A DNA stretch of 64,000 nucleotides, taken from assembly GCA_963801355.1 (NCBI GenBank), contig CAWDEM010000004.1:928001-992000 (forward strand), in the 5' to 3' direction. Under the pieces are notes generated by a model that had not been told where the DNA came from, made no database searches, and was given only the letters and a program-made list of their open reading frames with translations. Shown piece after piece: positions 36,567 through 47,224 of the stretch; the first letter of the stretch is position 1, and every line of letters begins with the position of its first letter. The DNA comes from Ignavibacteriota bacterium (lineage in GTDB: Bacteria; Bacteroidota; Ignavibacteria; UBA10030; UBA6906). Position numbers and translations under genes: made by a program.

Positions 36567-37232
36567 ATGGAACGGCATTTTGAACGCGAGCTCGACGGTC
36601 TCAAGACCATGCTCATGAAAATGGCGAGCATGGCGGAGGAAAACTATCATAACGCCATCAGGGCGCTTACCGAGCGGAACACACTGCTGGCAGACGAGGT
36701 CATCCAGAACGACCAGCGCGTGGATTCCCTGGAGTTGGAGATCGACAACGCGGTGGTCGACATTCTCGCGCTTCAGAAGCCTGTCGCGAGCGATTTGCGC
36801 TTGATCATCGCGGCGCTGAAGATCAACAATGACCTTGAGCGAATATCGGATCATGCTGTCAACATCGCCCAATCGGTCCTCACACTCCTGCAATCGTCGG
36901 CCGTCACCACATATCTTGAAATCCCCAAAATGACGGACATGACACGGGGGATGTTGCGCGATGCACTGGATTCCTTTCTGCACCTTGAACCTGAAAAGGC
37001 ACGTGCGGTGTTGACCCGGGATGACCAGATTGACGACCTGAACCGATCCAATGCACGGCAGGTCATCGGGTGGATCCATGAGAAGAACCTGCCCGTCGAG
37101 ATTGGCCTCGATCTCATCCGGATCAGCCGCAATCTCGAGAGAGTGGCCGATCTGTCTACGAATATTGCGGAAGAGGTGGTGTTTCTCACGCAAGCAAGGG
37201 TCGTGAAACACCACGCCGACGAGAAAAAGTAG
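36567..37232 (+). CDS. phoU: Phosphate signalling protein PhoU
   Basis: PVASDLR, DLERISDHAVNIA, LERVADLSTNIAE. Confidence 0.95.
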   Translation: MERHFERELDGLKTMLMKMASMAEENYHNAIRALTERNTLLADEVIQNDQRVDSLELEIDNAVVDILALQKPVASDLRLIIAALKINNDLERISDHAVNIAQSVLTLLQSSAVTTYLEIPKMTDMTRGMLRDALDSFLHLEPEKARAVLTRDDQIDDLNRSNARQVIGWIHEKNLPVEIGLDLIRISRNLERVADLSTNIAEEVVFLTQARVVKHHADEKK

Positions 37233-37288
37233 ACTGCCCGGCATCGCAAAATTCCCTTCCGGTGTGTAGTAATCCGTGAGGCGAGGTC

Positions 37289-38041
37289 TTGCTCACGGAA
37301 TCCCACCACACACGCGTACCCGCACGATCCCGGTCGATCCTGACTGTCCGCCCCGGCGATACGTTGTATCCGCCTGGGGTGCGGCATTGGCTCGCGTGGA
37401 CCCGGCGGGATGGCCTCTTTGGCCCGGATGACGGCTGCGCCGGGCCGGCACTGTCGGTCGTCGGTGATGCCGGTCTCCTCTCCCGCACCTCCGTCGGTCT
37501 GCTGTGCTCCGTCCGGTGTCCGGGCAGCATCGTCCTGAGCGCCTATGACTTTGCCAGAAAGACTCCGCAGGATGGTGCCGTAATCATTGGGGGCTTTCAC
37601 TCCCCCATGGAGCGCACATGTCTCCAGACGCTGCTTGCGCGGCACGTCCCGGTTGTCTATTGTCCCGCCCGGCGGTTGAATGAACGCGGGATCCCCCGTG
37701 CGTGGGACGCCGCGCTGGCGGAGCAGCGGCTCTTGATTCTCTCCCCCTTTGTCGGATCACAGCGCCGCGTCACGCGCGATCTTGCCAGGCAACGCAACCT
37801 CCTCATTGCTGCATTGGCCACCGTCCTGTTTGTGCCGTATGCGTTGCGGGGTGGAAACACCGAAGCAATCGTGCGGTTGAGGGTGCACTGCGGCATGCCG
37901 GTGTGTACGCTACAGGATGGGGAGAACGAGCATTTGATAAGTCTGGGCGCGCGCGGGTTCGCCGTTGCGGAACTGCCCGGCATGGCGCGTCCGGGAGAAA
38001 CACGAAGCCCCTTCCGGGAAAGCGGGAAGGGGCTTGTGTAA
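37289..38041 (+). CDS. DprA/Smf-like SLOG-domain protein (short form; start uncertain)
   Basis: GLLCSVRCPG, IIGGFHSPMER, LILSPF, ARQRN. Confidence 0.6.
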   Translation: MLTESHHTRVPARSRSILTVRPGDTLYPPGVRHWLAWTRRDGLFGPDDGCAGPALSVVGDAGLLSRTSVGLLCSVRCPGSIVLSAYDFARKTPQDGAVIIGGFHSPMERTCLQTLLARHVPVVYCPARRLNERGIPRAWDAALAEQRLLILSPFVGSQRRVTRDLARQRNLLIAALATVLFVPYALRGGNTEAIVRLRVHCGMPVCTLQDGENEHLISLGARGFAVAELPGMARPGETRSPFRESGKGLV

Positions 38042-38043
38042 CG

Positions 38044-40608
38044 CTATTCTTTCTTGCCGGGTTCGGGTTGACCCGGCGGGGTCGTCGGTGTGCCGCCGGC
38101 TCCGGCGGGGTTCTCGGCCGGAATACCTCCCGACCCTTTGTCGTTAGTGGCGCTGGTGAACCACAATTCGCCGGTTTCACTGTTCACCTTGACGCGCACA
38201 GCGGAACCCTCGACGAAGACCCCCTTGAGCAGCTCTTCTGCAATGGGATCTTCAAGATACTTCTGGATCGCGCGCCGCAACGGCCGTGCCCCGTAGGCGG
38301 GGTCATAGCCCTTCTCCGCAAGGAATTCACTCGCTTCGGCCGTCAACTCAAGGGTGAGGCCCTGTGCCTCGAGCCGCCTGGACAGGTCACGAATCTGGAT
38401 CTGGACGATTTCCTTGATGTGCGACTTGTCCAGCGGATGGAACACAATCGCGTCGTCGACGCGGTTGAGGAATTCCGGATTGAACACGCGCTTCAATGCT
38501 TCTTCAATCGTCGACTTCATTGCACCGTATTCATCTCCGGCGGACTGCGTGCCAAAGCCGATGCCGCCCGACCGTTTTAGATCCCGCGTGCCGATGTTCG
38601 AGGTCATGATGAGAATGGTGTTCTTGAAATCCACCTTGCGGCCGAGACTGTCAGTCAGGATACCGTCATCAAGCACCTGGAGCAGAATGTTGAAGACATC
38701 CGGATGCGCCTTTTCGATCTCGTCGAGCAGGACGACCGAGTACGGTTTCCTGCGCACCTTTTCTGTAAGCTGTCCACCCTCCTCATAGCCGACATACCCG
38801 GGGGGCGCGCCAACGAGGCGCGACACGCTGAATTTCTCCATGTATTCGCTCATGTCGATACGGATCAATGCATCCTCCGTATCGAAGAGGTAGCGGGCAA
38901 GCGCCTTGGCGAGTTCCGTCTTTCCGACGCCCGTTGGACCGAGGAAGATAAATGAACCGATCGGCCGCTTCGGGTCCTTCAGCCCCGCCCGCGTCCGGCG
39001 AATCGCCTTGGTGAGCTTCTGGATTGCTTCATCCTGCCCTACAACCTGATCCTTGAGCACCTCCGCCATTTTGAGGAGCTTGGCGGACTCGGATTCGGCA
39101 ATCTTGTTCACGGGAATGCCGGTCATCATGGCGACCACGTCCGCCATGTTCTCTTCGTTCACTTCATGAACGGTATCCTGGGCTTTCAACTCCCATTCCC
39201 GCTTGGCGATTTCCAGATCGCTGAGCAGTTTCTTTTCGAGATCACGCAACCGGGCCGCTTCTTCGAAATTCTGACTCTTGACCACCTGGTTCTTTGACTG
39301 CTTGATCTTCTCGATTTCCCCTTCCAGGTCCAGGATCTCCTTTGGCACATGGATATTCGCCAGGTGTACGCGCGAACCCGATTCATCCAGAACATCGATG
39401 GCCTTGTCAGGCAGGTAACGGTCGGTGATGTAGCGATCGCTGAGCTTCACCGCCGCATCTATGGCCTTGTCGGTATAGCGGACGCCGTGATGTTCCTCAT
39501 ACTTGTGCTTGACGTTCCGCAGTATCTGGATGGTTTCTTCGACGGTGGTGGGGTCCACCATGATTTTCTGGAACCGGCGGTCGAGGGCGCCATCTTTTTC
39601 AATATACTGCCGGTACTCGTCGAGAGTGGTGGCGCCGATGCACTGCAATTCGCCGCGTGAGAGAGCGGGTTTGAACATGTTGGATGCATCGAGCGAACCG
39701 GAGGCGCCGCCGGCCCCCACGATGGTGTGCAACTCGTCGATGAACAGGATGACGTCCTTGGCCTTCTCCAGCTCATTCATCACGGCTTTCATCCGTTCCT
39801 CGAACTGCCCGCGGTACTTTGTCCCGGCAACGAGTGCGGCGAGATCCAGCGTGACCACACGTTTGCCATGGAGTACGCGCGAAACCTTCTTCTGCACGAT
39901 CCGCATCGCGAGCCCCTCGGCGATGGCGGTCTTGCCTACGCCGGGTTCGCCGATGAGAACGGGATTGTTCTTCTTCCGGCGACTCAGGACCTGCGCAACC
40001 CGCTCAATCTCCTTTTCCCGTCCGATAATCGGGTCCAACTTGTCTTCGGCGGCCATTTTGGTCAGGTCATGACCGAAGTTGTCGAGGACCGGAGTCTTGG
40101 ATTTTTCGGGCTTCTTTTCAGAAGCAGGCTGATGCGGCTGTTGCGCACCCGGCTGGGGCGTACCCGAGGGCTTGCCGCTGATGATGTTGTCGAGTTCCGC
40201 GCGGACCACGTCGTAATGAATGTTGAACTGATGGAGGATCTGCGCCGCGATGTTGTCGTCATCCCTGAGCAGCGAAAGCAGCAGGTGCTCCGTGCCAATA
40301 ACATCCGATTTGTACAGCTTGGCCTCAAGATAGGTGATTTTCAGCACCTTCTCGGCCTGTTTTGTCAGCGGTATGTTGCCGATGGTAAGTGTCCCGCCGG
40401 ACGTCCTGACCGTATCCTCAATTGCCTTCTTCAGCTTGAACAGATCCACCCCGAGATTGCGGAGGATTTTGACCGCAATCCCTTCGCCCTCCTTGATCAC
40501 TCCAAGCAGCAGGTGTTCGGTGCCGATGTAATCGTGTCCGAGCCGGATTGCCTCCTCGCGGCTCAAACGGATGACATCCTGCACCCTGTTCGAAAAATTG
40601 CCTTCCAT
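38044..40608 (-). CDS. clpC: ATP-dependent Clp protease ATPase ClpC
   Basis: Two Clp-N repeats (GTEHLLL), [11 protein letters not shown] motif [17 protein letters not shown]. Confidence 0.96.
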   Translation of the reverse strand: MEGNFSNRVQDVIRLSREEAIRLGHDYIGTEHLLLGVIKEGEGIAVKILRNLGVDLFKLKKAIEDTVRTSGGTLTIGNIPLTKQAEKVLKITYLEAKLYKSDVIGTEHLLLSLLRDDDNIAAQILHQFNIHYDVVRAELDNIISGKPSGTPQPGAQQPHQPASEKKPEKSKTPVLDNFGHDLTKMAAEDKLDPIIGREKEIERVAQVLSRRKKNNPVLIGEPGVGKTAIAEGLAMRIVQKKVSRVLHGKRVVTLDLAALVAGTKYRGQFEERMKAVMNELEKAKDVILFIDELHTIVGAGGASGSLDASNMFKPALSRGELQCIGATTLDEYRQYIEKDGALDRRFQKIMVDPTTVEETIQILRNVKHKYEEHHGVRYTDKAIDAAVKLSDRYITDRYLPDKAIDVLDESGSRVHLANIHVPKEILDLEGEIEKIKQSKNQVVKSQNFEEAARLRDLEKKLLSDLEIAKREWELKAQDTVHEVNEENMADVVAMMTGIPVNKIAESESAKLLKMAEVLKDQVVGQDEAIQKLTKAIRRTRAGLKDPKRPIGSFIFLGPTGVGKTELAKALARYLFDTEDALIRIDMSEYMEKFSVSRLVGAPPGYVGYEEGGQLTEKVRRKPYSVVLLDEIEKAHPDVFNILLQVLDDGILTDSLGRKVDFKNTILIMTSNIGTRDLKRSGGIGFGTQSAGDEYGAMKSTIEEALKRVFNPEFLNRVDDAIVFHPLDKSHIKEIVQIQIRDLSRRLEAQGLTLELTAEASEFLAEKGYDPAYGARPLRRAIQKYLEDPIAEELLKGVFVEGSAVRVKVNSETGELWFTSATNDKGSGGIPAENPAGAGGTPTTPPGQPEPGKKE

Positions 40609-40717
40609 TCGCGTGCCTATTGTATGTAGTGTTCCTGCACTCGCTCGCCTTCTCTATCTCTAACACCATGCTGCAAGGCCTGGGTTCCATGGCTTTCATC
40701 TTCCACTCACCCTGAAA

Positions 40718-40746
40718 AATATAACCAAATGTGCCAGGGAAGTCAA
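40718..40746 (-). promoter_or_regulatory. Putative sigma70 promoter of clpC
   Basis: TTGACT-17-TATATT on the minus strand. Confidence 0.55.
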
Positions 40747-40838
40747 CTTCAGGGTCCGGAGGGCCCAAAGTTGACCCTGAGCGGCGTTTTCCGCATCATA
40801 TAGATGAAAACCATTCGTCCCAGAGAACCGGAGAGATG

Positions 40839-41054
40839 ATGCCAAGTTATGATTATCGCTGTGACGCTTGTGGGAACGTGTACGATGTGTTTCACAAAGT
40901 GAAGGAAATCGAGGAGGATGTCGTCTGCCCTTCTTGTGCGTCAACAAAGCATACGCGGCTGCTTTCGGCACCCGGGATTAGTACGGGACGCGGTCAAGAT
41001 CTTCCGCCCTGTGCCGAGGGAGGTTGCTGCAGTGGATCCTGCGGGTTGAATTGA
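40839..41054 (+). CDS. FmdB-family zinc-ribbon protein
   Basis: MPSYDYRCDACG...CPSCAS...RLLSAP with a Cys-rich tail. Confidence 0.85.
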   Translation: MPSYDYRCDACGNVYDVFHKVKEIEEDVVCPSCASTKHTRLLSAPGISTGRGQDLPPCAEGGCCSGSCGLN

Positions 41055-41117
41055 AAGGTACGGTCACTCCCGATACCCGGCCTCCAATCTTCCGGCTCCG
41101 GTATCGGGCGTGTGATG

Positions 41118-42029
41118 TCACAGCCCCGGAACAAGTCCTCTGAAGTAGATCAGCACCACACACGCGGCTATCCACAATCCGGCGACCACAAGGATGGGAA
41201 TATCCGACGCCACAACGGCGGTGGGGTTTTCTATGCTGTCGGTCGAGTTGGTGAGATGCATGTAGCGAAACACCCCGTAGATCACAAAGACCGTGGTGTA
41301 AATCAATTTGTCCGTGCCGAACACCTCCAGCGTTCGAGGTGCAACAGTATACAGTGCGTACGAAATCACCGTGCCGGCTGCGGTGATCGTCAACATCTGA
41401 TCAAGTACTTCCAGACGATACTGCTGGAGCACTTTGCGTTCCGACTGCCCGCCCGCCGCCTGTGACGACACCAGTTCTCCCCGCCGCTTGGCGAATCCGA
41501 GAAAAAGGGAGATGAACATCGTGCACAGAACGAGCCAGCTCGAGACCACAACCCCGATGGCATACGCACCGCCGAGGACGCGGAGCATGAAGCCGGCCGC
41601 TATGATGAAGACGTCGAGCAGCATCACTTCCTTCAGTTTGAAGGAATACGCCAGGTTCATGACGAAGTACGTCGCGACAATTGCCTTGAACATGTTCGGC
41701 AGCGGCCAGATGAGCAGGACATCGCCGCAGACAAGAATCCCGAGCAACGCCAGCGCCTGGGGCACGGAGACGGTGCCTGCGGCAATGGGACGGAACCGTT
41801 TCTTCGGATGAGCCCGATCCGCGTCCGCGTCGAGGATGTCGTTGATGATATAGACGGAACTTGCAGTGAGGCAGAACACGAAGAACGCGCGGAGGGCGGT
41901 CAGGAAAGGCGCCGCCTGAAACAGCTCTTTGGCAAAAATCAGTGCCGAGAATACAAACAGATTCTTGATCCACTGCTTCGGCCTGATGAGCTTGACAGCT
42001 GCTGCAAGGGGTTTCGTCTGGGGTGTCAT
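41118..42029 (-). CDS. UbiA-family prenyltransferase, decaprenyl-phosphate phosphoribosyltransferase-like
   Basis: RPKQWIKN, YIINDILD, DRAHPKKRFRPIAAG, KRRGEL. Confidence 0.85.
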   Translation of the reverse strand: MTPQTKPLAAAVKLIRPKQWIKNLFVFSALIFAKELFQAAPFLTALRAFFVFCLTASSVYIINDILDADADRAHPKKRFRPIAAGTVSVPQALALLGILVCGDVLLIWPLPNMFKAIVATYFVMNLAYSFKLKEVMLLDVFIIAAGFMLRVLGGAYAIGVVVSSWLVLCTMFISLFLGFAKRRGELVSSQAAGGQSERKVLQQYRLEVLDQMLTITAAGTVISYALYTVAPRTLEVFGTDKLIYTTVFVIYGVFRYMHLTNSTDSIENPTAVVASDIPILVVAGLWIAACVVLIYFRGLVPGL

Positions 42030-42137
42030 CGAGATTCCTTTCCTCGGCGACCAATTTCACAAATCCGGCCAAGAAAAGCAATATGAGAGAGTTGTAGCTT
42101 CCGCTCTTTTTTTGTACACTCTGTGCATGGAGGCTCC

Positions 42138-42332
42138 ATGACACACGTGGAACAACACCGGATGATTCTGGATCTCAGGGACTTTGTGCACCGGATGACG
42201 CGGGATGAAGAAGAAACGTTCGCGATGTACGTCAAGCGGGACAAGGATGACGAGGATCTGGACGTCGTGTCGCAGAAACGGCTCGAGGCCATGTACGAGA
42301 AGTACGTCATCCGAAAGGCGAGGCGGGCGTAA
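42138..42332 (+). CDS. Small hypothetical protein
   Basis: GGAGG RBS, charged helical ORF, stop overlaps the aat start (TAATG). Confidence 0.65.
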   Translation: MTHVEQHRMILDLRDFVHRMTRDEEETFAMYVKRDKDDEDLDVVSQKRLEAMYEKYVIRKARRA

Positions 42333-42955
42333 TGGTGCCGGGCCCGGGCATCCGGCCACGCACGGAACTCACGCCACAGCTTCTTCTCCGGGCTTATGCA
42401 GATGGTTTTTTCCCCATGGCCGAGGGTCGGAACGGGCCGATTGCGTGGTACTCGCCGGATCCGCGCGCCATCTTTCCTCTTGAAAGCTTCAAGGTCTCCC
42501 GAAGTCTCCGCCGGATCGAACGCCGGAAGCAGTTCGAGGTCCGTGTCAATACCGCATTCGCCGATGTCATGTTGCACTGTGCAGCCCGCGAGGATACCTG
42601 GATTTCCGGGGAGATTATCGCGGTCTATGGCCGCCTTTTCGAGATGGGATTTGCCCATTCAGTGGAGACCTGGTCCTCCAGCCGGCTGGTCGGAGGCCTC
42701 TACGGTGTCGCCATAGGGGGTGCTTTTTTTGGCGAATCCATGTTCAGTCATGTGTCAAATGCTTCAAAAATCGCTCTCTGGTATCTCGTGCGCCGGCTCC
42801 GGGAACGTGGTTTCCTGCTGCTGGATACCCAATTCCTGACCCCCCACCTTGCCCGTCTCGGCGCGAGTGATATTCCGCGGGATGCGTATCTGGTCCGGCT
42901 CCGGACGGCACTGCGCGTCGATACCAGCTTCACATCACCACCGCCAGGAATGTGA
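42332..42955 (+). CDS. aat: Leucyl/phenylalanyl-tRNA--protein transferase
   Basis: LLRAYADGFFPM, WYSPDPRA, GGLYGVAIGGAFFGESMFS. Confidence 0.95.
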   Translation: MVPGPGIRPRTELTPQLLLRAYADGFFPMAEGRNGPIAWYSPDPRAIFPLESFKVSRSLRRIERRKQFEVRVNTAFADVMLHCAAREDTWISGEIIAVYGRLFEMGFAHSVETWSSSRLVGGLYGVAIGGAFFGESMFSHVSNASKIALWYLVRRLRERGFLLLDTQFLTPHLARLGASDIPRDAYLVRLRTALRVDTSFTSPPPGM

Positions 42956-43072
42956 TCTACATCACGGCGTCGCGCAGGAGGCAAAAGAGAGTGTTGCGTT
43001 GTCCGGGTTTTGTCCCTATATTGAAACAGGCGAATGCAACGGAGCAGCGATTTTCATGAGGAGTGTACGTCA

Positions 43073-43474
43073 ATGCCATTAGCGCGCGAACCACACCGGA
43101 CTGAACGGGTAACGCTCACTCTCGTCCCCCGTACCGATGACCGCAGCTTGTTGAACATCCCTTCAACGTTCAACCAGATCGATCGGACGTATTCCTGGCG
43201 CACCACCGGCACGCTGAACTATATGCTGGTTCCGACCAAGATCTCGAGCTCCGAAATAAAGGTCGACCTCTTTCTTGATCCGCTGAAGAAAGGAAAGCTC
43301 CAGGCCCGCAACTTGCAGAGGACGGTCCAGGAATTCGTGAACGACAAGATTCAGACGGAATGGCGCGGCTTGAAGCTCGACAACATCAGCCGTCCGAGCA
43401 TGGCGTCACCGCCGTCGCATGCCATCGTTCGCGGCACGATTGAAGAAATTCTCGGAACGAATCTCGACCGATAG
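43073..43474 (+). CDS. Hypothetical protein
   Basis: GAGGAG RBS; fills the gap before purC; no recognised motif. Confidence 0.65.
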   Translation: MPLAREPHRTERVTLTLVPRTDDRSLLNIPSTFNQIDRTYSWRTTGTLNYMLVPTKISSSEIKVDLFLDPLKKGKLQARNLQRTVQEFVNDKIQTEWRGLKLDNISRPSMASPPSHAIVRGTIEEILGTNLDR

Positions 43475-43488
43475 TCACATCTGCGTCC

Positions 43489-44385
43489 ATGCCCCTTCAT
43501 GTCATCAGCACTACCGCCGTTGACGGGTTCACCCCCTGGAAAAAGGGGAAGGTGCGGGATATCTACGACCTGGGTGACCGGCTGCTCATCGTCGCAACAG
43601 ATCGCCTCTCGGCGTTTGATGTCGTCCTCCCCGACGGGATCCCCGACAAGGGCAAAGTGCTCACGCAGGTCTCCGCATTCTGGTTCCAGCGTCTTGGCCA
43701 TATCGTCGGACATCATCTTCTCAGTACAGCAAGTGACACGTTTCCCGAGCCGTTCTGTTCCCGGCCCGACCTGTTTGCGGGCCGGAGCATGCTTGTGAAG
43801 AAGACCGCTCCGCTCAGCGTCGAGTGTGTCGTGCGCGGGTACGTCACCGGTTCCGGATGGATTGACTACAAGCGCGAGGGAGCAATTTGCGGCATCACAC
43901 TCCCGCCCGGGTTGCAGGAATCGCAGCGTCTGCCCGAGCCGCTCTTCACCCCCACAACCAAAGCCGAAGTCGGACTGCATGACGAGAATATTACATTCTC
44001 GCAGGTCGAGGATATTGTCGGCGCTTCGCTTGCCGCGCAATTGCGGGATCTTTCGATCCGGCTCTATCTTGAGGGAGCATCGTACGCGGAGACCCGGGGC
44101 ATACTGATCGCGGATACGAAATTTGAATTCGGCCTGGACGACAACGGCGGTCTGCTATGGATCGATGAAGCGCTGACGCCGGATTCATCCCGGTTCTGGC
44201 CTCTGGATTCCTACCGTTGTGGGGCGTCACAACCCAGCTTCGACAAGCAGTTTGTCCGGGATTATTTGTTGTCGCTGCACTGGGATAAGCGTCCGCCGGG
44301 TCCTCCGCTGCCCGAGGACGTCATTGCTACCACCGCACAGAAATACCGCGAGGCGCTCCGCCTTCTTACGGGCATCTCCCTGTAA
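43489..44385 (+). CDS. purC: SAICAR synthetase
   Basis: GKVRDIY, DRLSAFD, ECVVRGY, DTKFEFG, DEALTPDSSRFW. Confidence 0.96.
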   Translation: MPLHVISTTAVDGFTPWKKGKVRDIYDLGDRLLIVATDRLSAFDVVLPDGIPDKGKVLTQVSAFWFQRLGHIVGHHLLSTASDTFPEPFCSRPDLFAGRSMLVKKTAPLSVECVVRGYVTGSGWIDYKREGAICGITLPPGLQESQRLPEPLFTPTTKAEVGLHDENITFSQVEDIVGASLAAQLRDLSIRLYLEGASYAETRGILIADTKFEFGLDDNGGLLWIDEALTPDSSRFWPLDSYRCGASQPSFDKQFVRDYLLSLHWDKRPPGPPLPEDVIATTAQKYREALRLLTGISL

Positions 44386-44506
44386 CACCCACCCCCTGTC
44401 CGCTTAAAGTATCTCTTAAGATTGCTCTTGCATTTAGTTGTTAAATTAGCTAATTAGGGGCGGATTACACCCCCCCTGTTCACAAACGAGGCATCTGCTG
44501 ATCCCC

Positions 44507-46939
44507 ATGTCGAACCAGCTTCGTTACGAGAGCATTCTCGAAAGCATTAGCGGCGGGTTCTTTGCAATGGACTCCCGGTACATCATCACGTACTGGAATC
44601 GCGCGGCAGAGGTCGGAACCCAGTTGAAGGCCGAGGAAGTCCTCGGTCAGAATGTATTCGATGTCTTTCCGAATGCGCGCGGGGCCCTGCTCGGCGAGAA
44701 ATACCGCCAGGCGATGGAGACCCGCACCTATCAGAGTTTCGAAACCGCCTACCGCGATGAACGTTTCGAGCGGTGGTATGACGTCCGGATTTATCCCGCG
44801 GAAGACGGGCTCTCCGTTTTTCTGCAGGACGTGACCGAACGGAAACGAGACCAGAAGCGCAAGGAATTTCTCGTCGAGATTTCACGGGCGGTCAACGGTG
44901 CCCAGTATCTCGACGATTTGTGCCAGCGTTCGGCCACGGTCATCGCCGATGCGTTTGAGATCCCGCCGCACCTCGTGTGCGTCTATCTCTACGATCCACG
45001 CGGAAACGAAGTGCGGCTGGTTGCCCCGACCCTGCTCGGCGTCGACGTGCCCGCACACATCGCCCACCAGCGGGTCTGTGCCGATGCACCGCATGTCGCG
45101 GCGAGAACGGCGTTCACGCGTGAACCCATCCTCACGGAACACATCGACACCGGGACCGTCGGACACCTGCCCGGCGCATCGGTGCACGGCCTGCCGCTCC
45201 GTACACTGATTGCCATGCCGCTCATCGTCCAGAGTGAGCTGCAGGGCGTGATCGAAGTGCTGACGATTAAAGAGTTCGCATACGCCCAGGAAGAGATGGA
45301 GATTCTCGACATCGCTTCGAAGGATATTGCGCTGGCGATGAGTCGCAAACGGCTCATTGACGAGCTGCGGATGAAGAACCTGGAGCTTGAAGCACAAACG
45401 GAGCGCACGCTGGAAGCAAGCGACACGCTCAAGAAGTTTCTTGCCATGTTCAGTCATGAGTTGCGCTCGCCGTTGAATTCCATTATCGGGTTCTCGGAGC
45501 TCCTGTCCGGCACGATGGATGATCTCGGGGCCGAAAAGACCCGGGAGTTCATGAAGAACATCAATATGAGCGGGCGGCACCTGCAACACATTCTGAACGA
45601 CATCCTTGATCTCTCAAAGATAGAGGCAGGGCAGATGGATCTCCACATCGCCAGCTATCCTGTCAGCTATTTTGAGGAAAGCGTGAATGGCGTACTTGCC
45701 GGTATGCTTGCAGACAAGCAGGTGCGCTTGAAATTCGCGTTTGACAGCGAGATCGATCAGATTGTCGTCGACCAGGTGCGCTTCAAGCAGATCCTGATCA
45801 ATCTGATTTCCAACGCGGTGAAATTCAGTCATCCCGGAGGGACGGTGACGGTCAGCTCGTTACGCGTGGGGAACGACCTCCACTTTGCAGTGAAGGATGA
45901 AGGGACCGGGATTAGAAAAGAAGACCTCCCGACATTATTCAAACCGTTCAAGCAGGCGAAGTCGGACACAGGCCAAAACAAGGGTGGGATTGGACTTGGT
46001 CTGGCGATCTCGAGAAAACTCGTGGAGCTGCACGGTGGGACGATCTGGATAGAGAGTGAGTGGGGGAAGGGGACGACGGTAGCCTTCAAAGTGCCGATGG
46101 TCGTCGATGCCACCTCTGAAAAGATCGTGCAGGCGGGGATGCTGCTGGACGCACTCAAACGTGAAAACTGGCGCAAAGAGGGGGGGGAGAAACCGCTGGC
46201 GCTCGTCGTGGAAGACTCTCCCCCGGCGGCGGAGCTGCTCCGGGTGTACATCGAATCTGCAGGTTACACCGTCGAAATCGCGCGAAACGGCACCGATGCC
46301 GTGGATCTGGCAAAGCGCTTGCACCCCAACGTCATCACCCTTGACCTCTTGCTCCCCGGAAAAGACGGCTGGCAGGTGCTCAATGAGTTGAAACGGCACC
46401 CGCTCTGCAAACAAATTCCGGTCATTATCGTATCCATTATTGATGAGAAGAATCTGGGCTTCAGCCTGGGAGCAGTGGAGTACTTTGTGAAACCGGTGAA
46501 CCGGGATGACCTGGTGCAGGCTCTTGACCGCGTCCATCTGCTTCCCTCGAAGGAAGAAGAGAAGCCGACGGTGCTGGTGATCGATGACGATCGGGCCGCC
46601 ACGGATCTGGTCCAGGTGATTCTGGAGAACGAAGGGTACAGGGTCCTGAAAGCCTTTCACGGGCAGGAAGGTGTGGAGGTTGCGACGCGGGAGCGTCCTG
46701 ATGTGGTCATCCTCGACCTTCTCATGCCGGAAATGTCCGGCGTGGCAGTCGCACATCAGCTGAAACAGATCCCTGCAACACGTGCAATTCCCATTATCGT
46801 CCTGACCTCACTGGACGTGGACGAGACCATGCAGGAAGAACTGGGGAGTGCGGTCTCCGGGCTGGTCAGCAAATCGAGCTTCACGAAGAAGGAACTGCTG
46901 CGCGAGATCACCAACATCGAGAATGCCCGCTGGCCATAA
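44507..46939 (+). CDS. Cytoplasmic hybrid sensor kinase PAS-GAF-HisKA-HATPase-REC-REC
   Basis: YWNRAAE PAS, SHELRSPLNSI, NLISNAVKF, GIGLGLAI, two receiver domains. Confidence 0.93.
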   Translation: MSNQLRYESILESISGGFFAMDSRYIITYWNRAAEVGTQLKAEEVLGQNVFDVFPNARGALLGEKYRQAMETRTYQSFETAYRDERFERWYDVRIYPAEDGLSVFLQDVTERKRDQKRKEFLVEISRAVNGAQYLDDLCQRSATVIADAFEIPPHLVCVYLYDPRGNEVRLVAPTLLGVDVPAHIAHQRVCADAPHVAARTAFTREPILTEHIDTGTVGHLPGASVHGLPLRTLIAMPLIVQSELQGVIEVLTIKEFAYAQEEMEILDIASKDIALAMSRKRLIDELRMKNLELEAQTERTLEASDTLKKFLAMFSHELRSPLNSIIGFSELLSGTMDDLGAEKTREFMKNINMSGRHLQHILNDILDLSKIEAGQMDLHIASYPVSYFEESVNGVLAGMLADKQVRLKFAFDSEIDQIVVDQVRFKQILINLISNAVKFSHPGGTVTVSSLRVGNDLHFAVKDEGTGIRKEDLPTLFKPFKQAKSDTGQNKGGIGLGLAISRKLVELHGGTIWIESEWGKGTTVAFKVPMVVDATSEKIVQAGMLLDALKRENWRKEGGEKPLALVVEDSPPAAELLRVYIESAGYTVEIARNGTDAVDLAKRLHPNVITLDLLLPGKDGWQVLNELKRHPLCKQIPVIIVSIIDEKNLGFSLGAVEYFVKPVNRDDLVQALDRVHLLPSKEEEKPTVLVIDDDRAATDLVQVILENEGYRVLKAFHGQEGVEVATRERPDVVILDLLMPEMSGVAVAHQLKQIPATRAIPIIVLTSLDVDETMQEELGSAVSGLVSKSSFTKKELLREITNIENARWP

Positions 46940-46966
46940 GCCGGCCCGGGAACGACGGGGACGACT

Positions 46967-47218
46967 ATGGACACTCCTGAAGCGGTTCCGCCCGCGGCGC
47001 TGGAAGACATGATGAAGGAGATCCGCCAGATCTGCCACGATCTCAGCAATCCCATGGGGATTCTCCGTATGGCGGTCTACTTCCTGCAATCGTCGAATGA
47101 CAATCCGGAGAAGCGGGCGGGGTACTGCACGATGATGAATGAATCCCTCGATAAAATGGAAGTGCATCTGAAACGATTGCGGTCGCTCGCAACGGGTGAC
47201 CGGCAGACAGGGGCATAG
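46967..47218 (+). CDS. Stand-alone HisKA-like phosphoacceptor mini-protein
   Basis: ICHDLSNPMGIL H-box plus a second helix; no ATPase domain. Confidence 0.6.
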   Translation: MDTPEAVPPAALEDMMKEIRQICHDLSNPMGILRMAVYFLQSSNDNPEKRAGYCTMMNESLDKMEVHLKRLRSLATGDRQTGA

Positions 47219-47224
47219 CAGAGC

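Noticed and set aside
40722-40737. sigma54 site upstream of clpC (TGGCAC on the minus strand)
   Set aside because: There is no TTGC at the -12 position, and a sigma70 promoter fits better.
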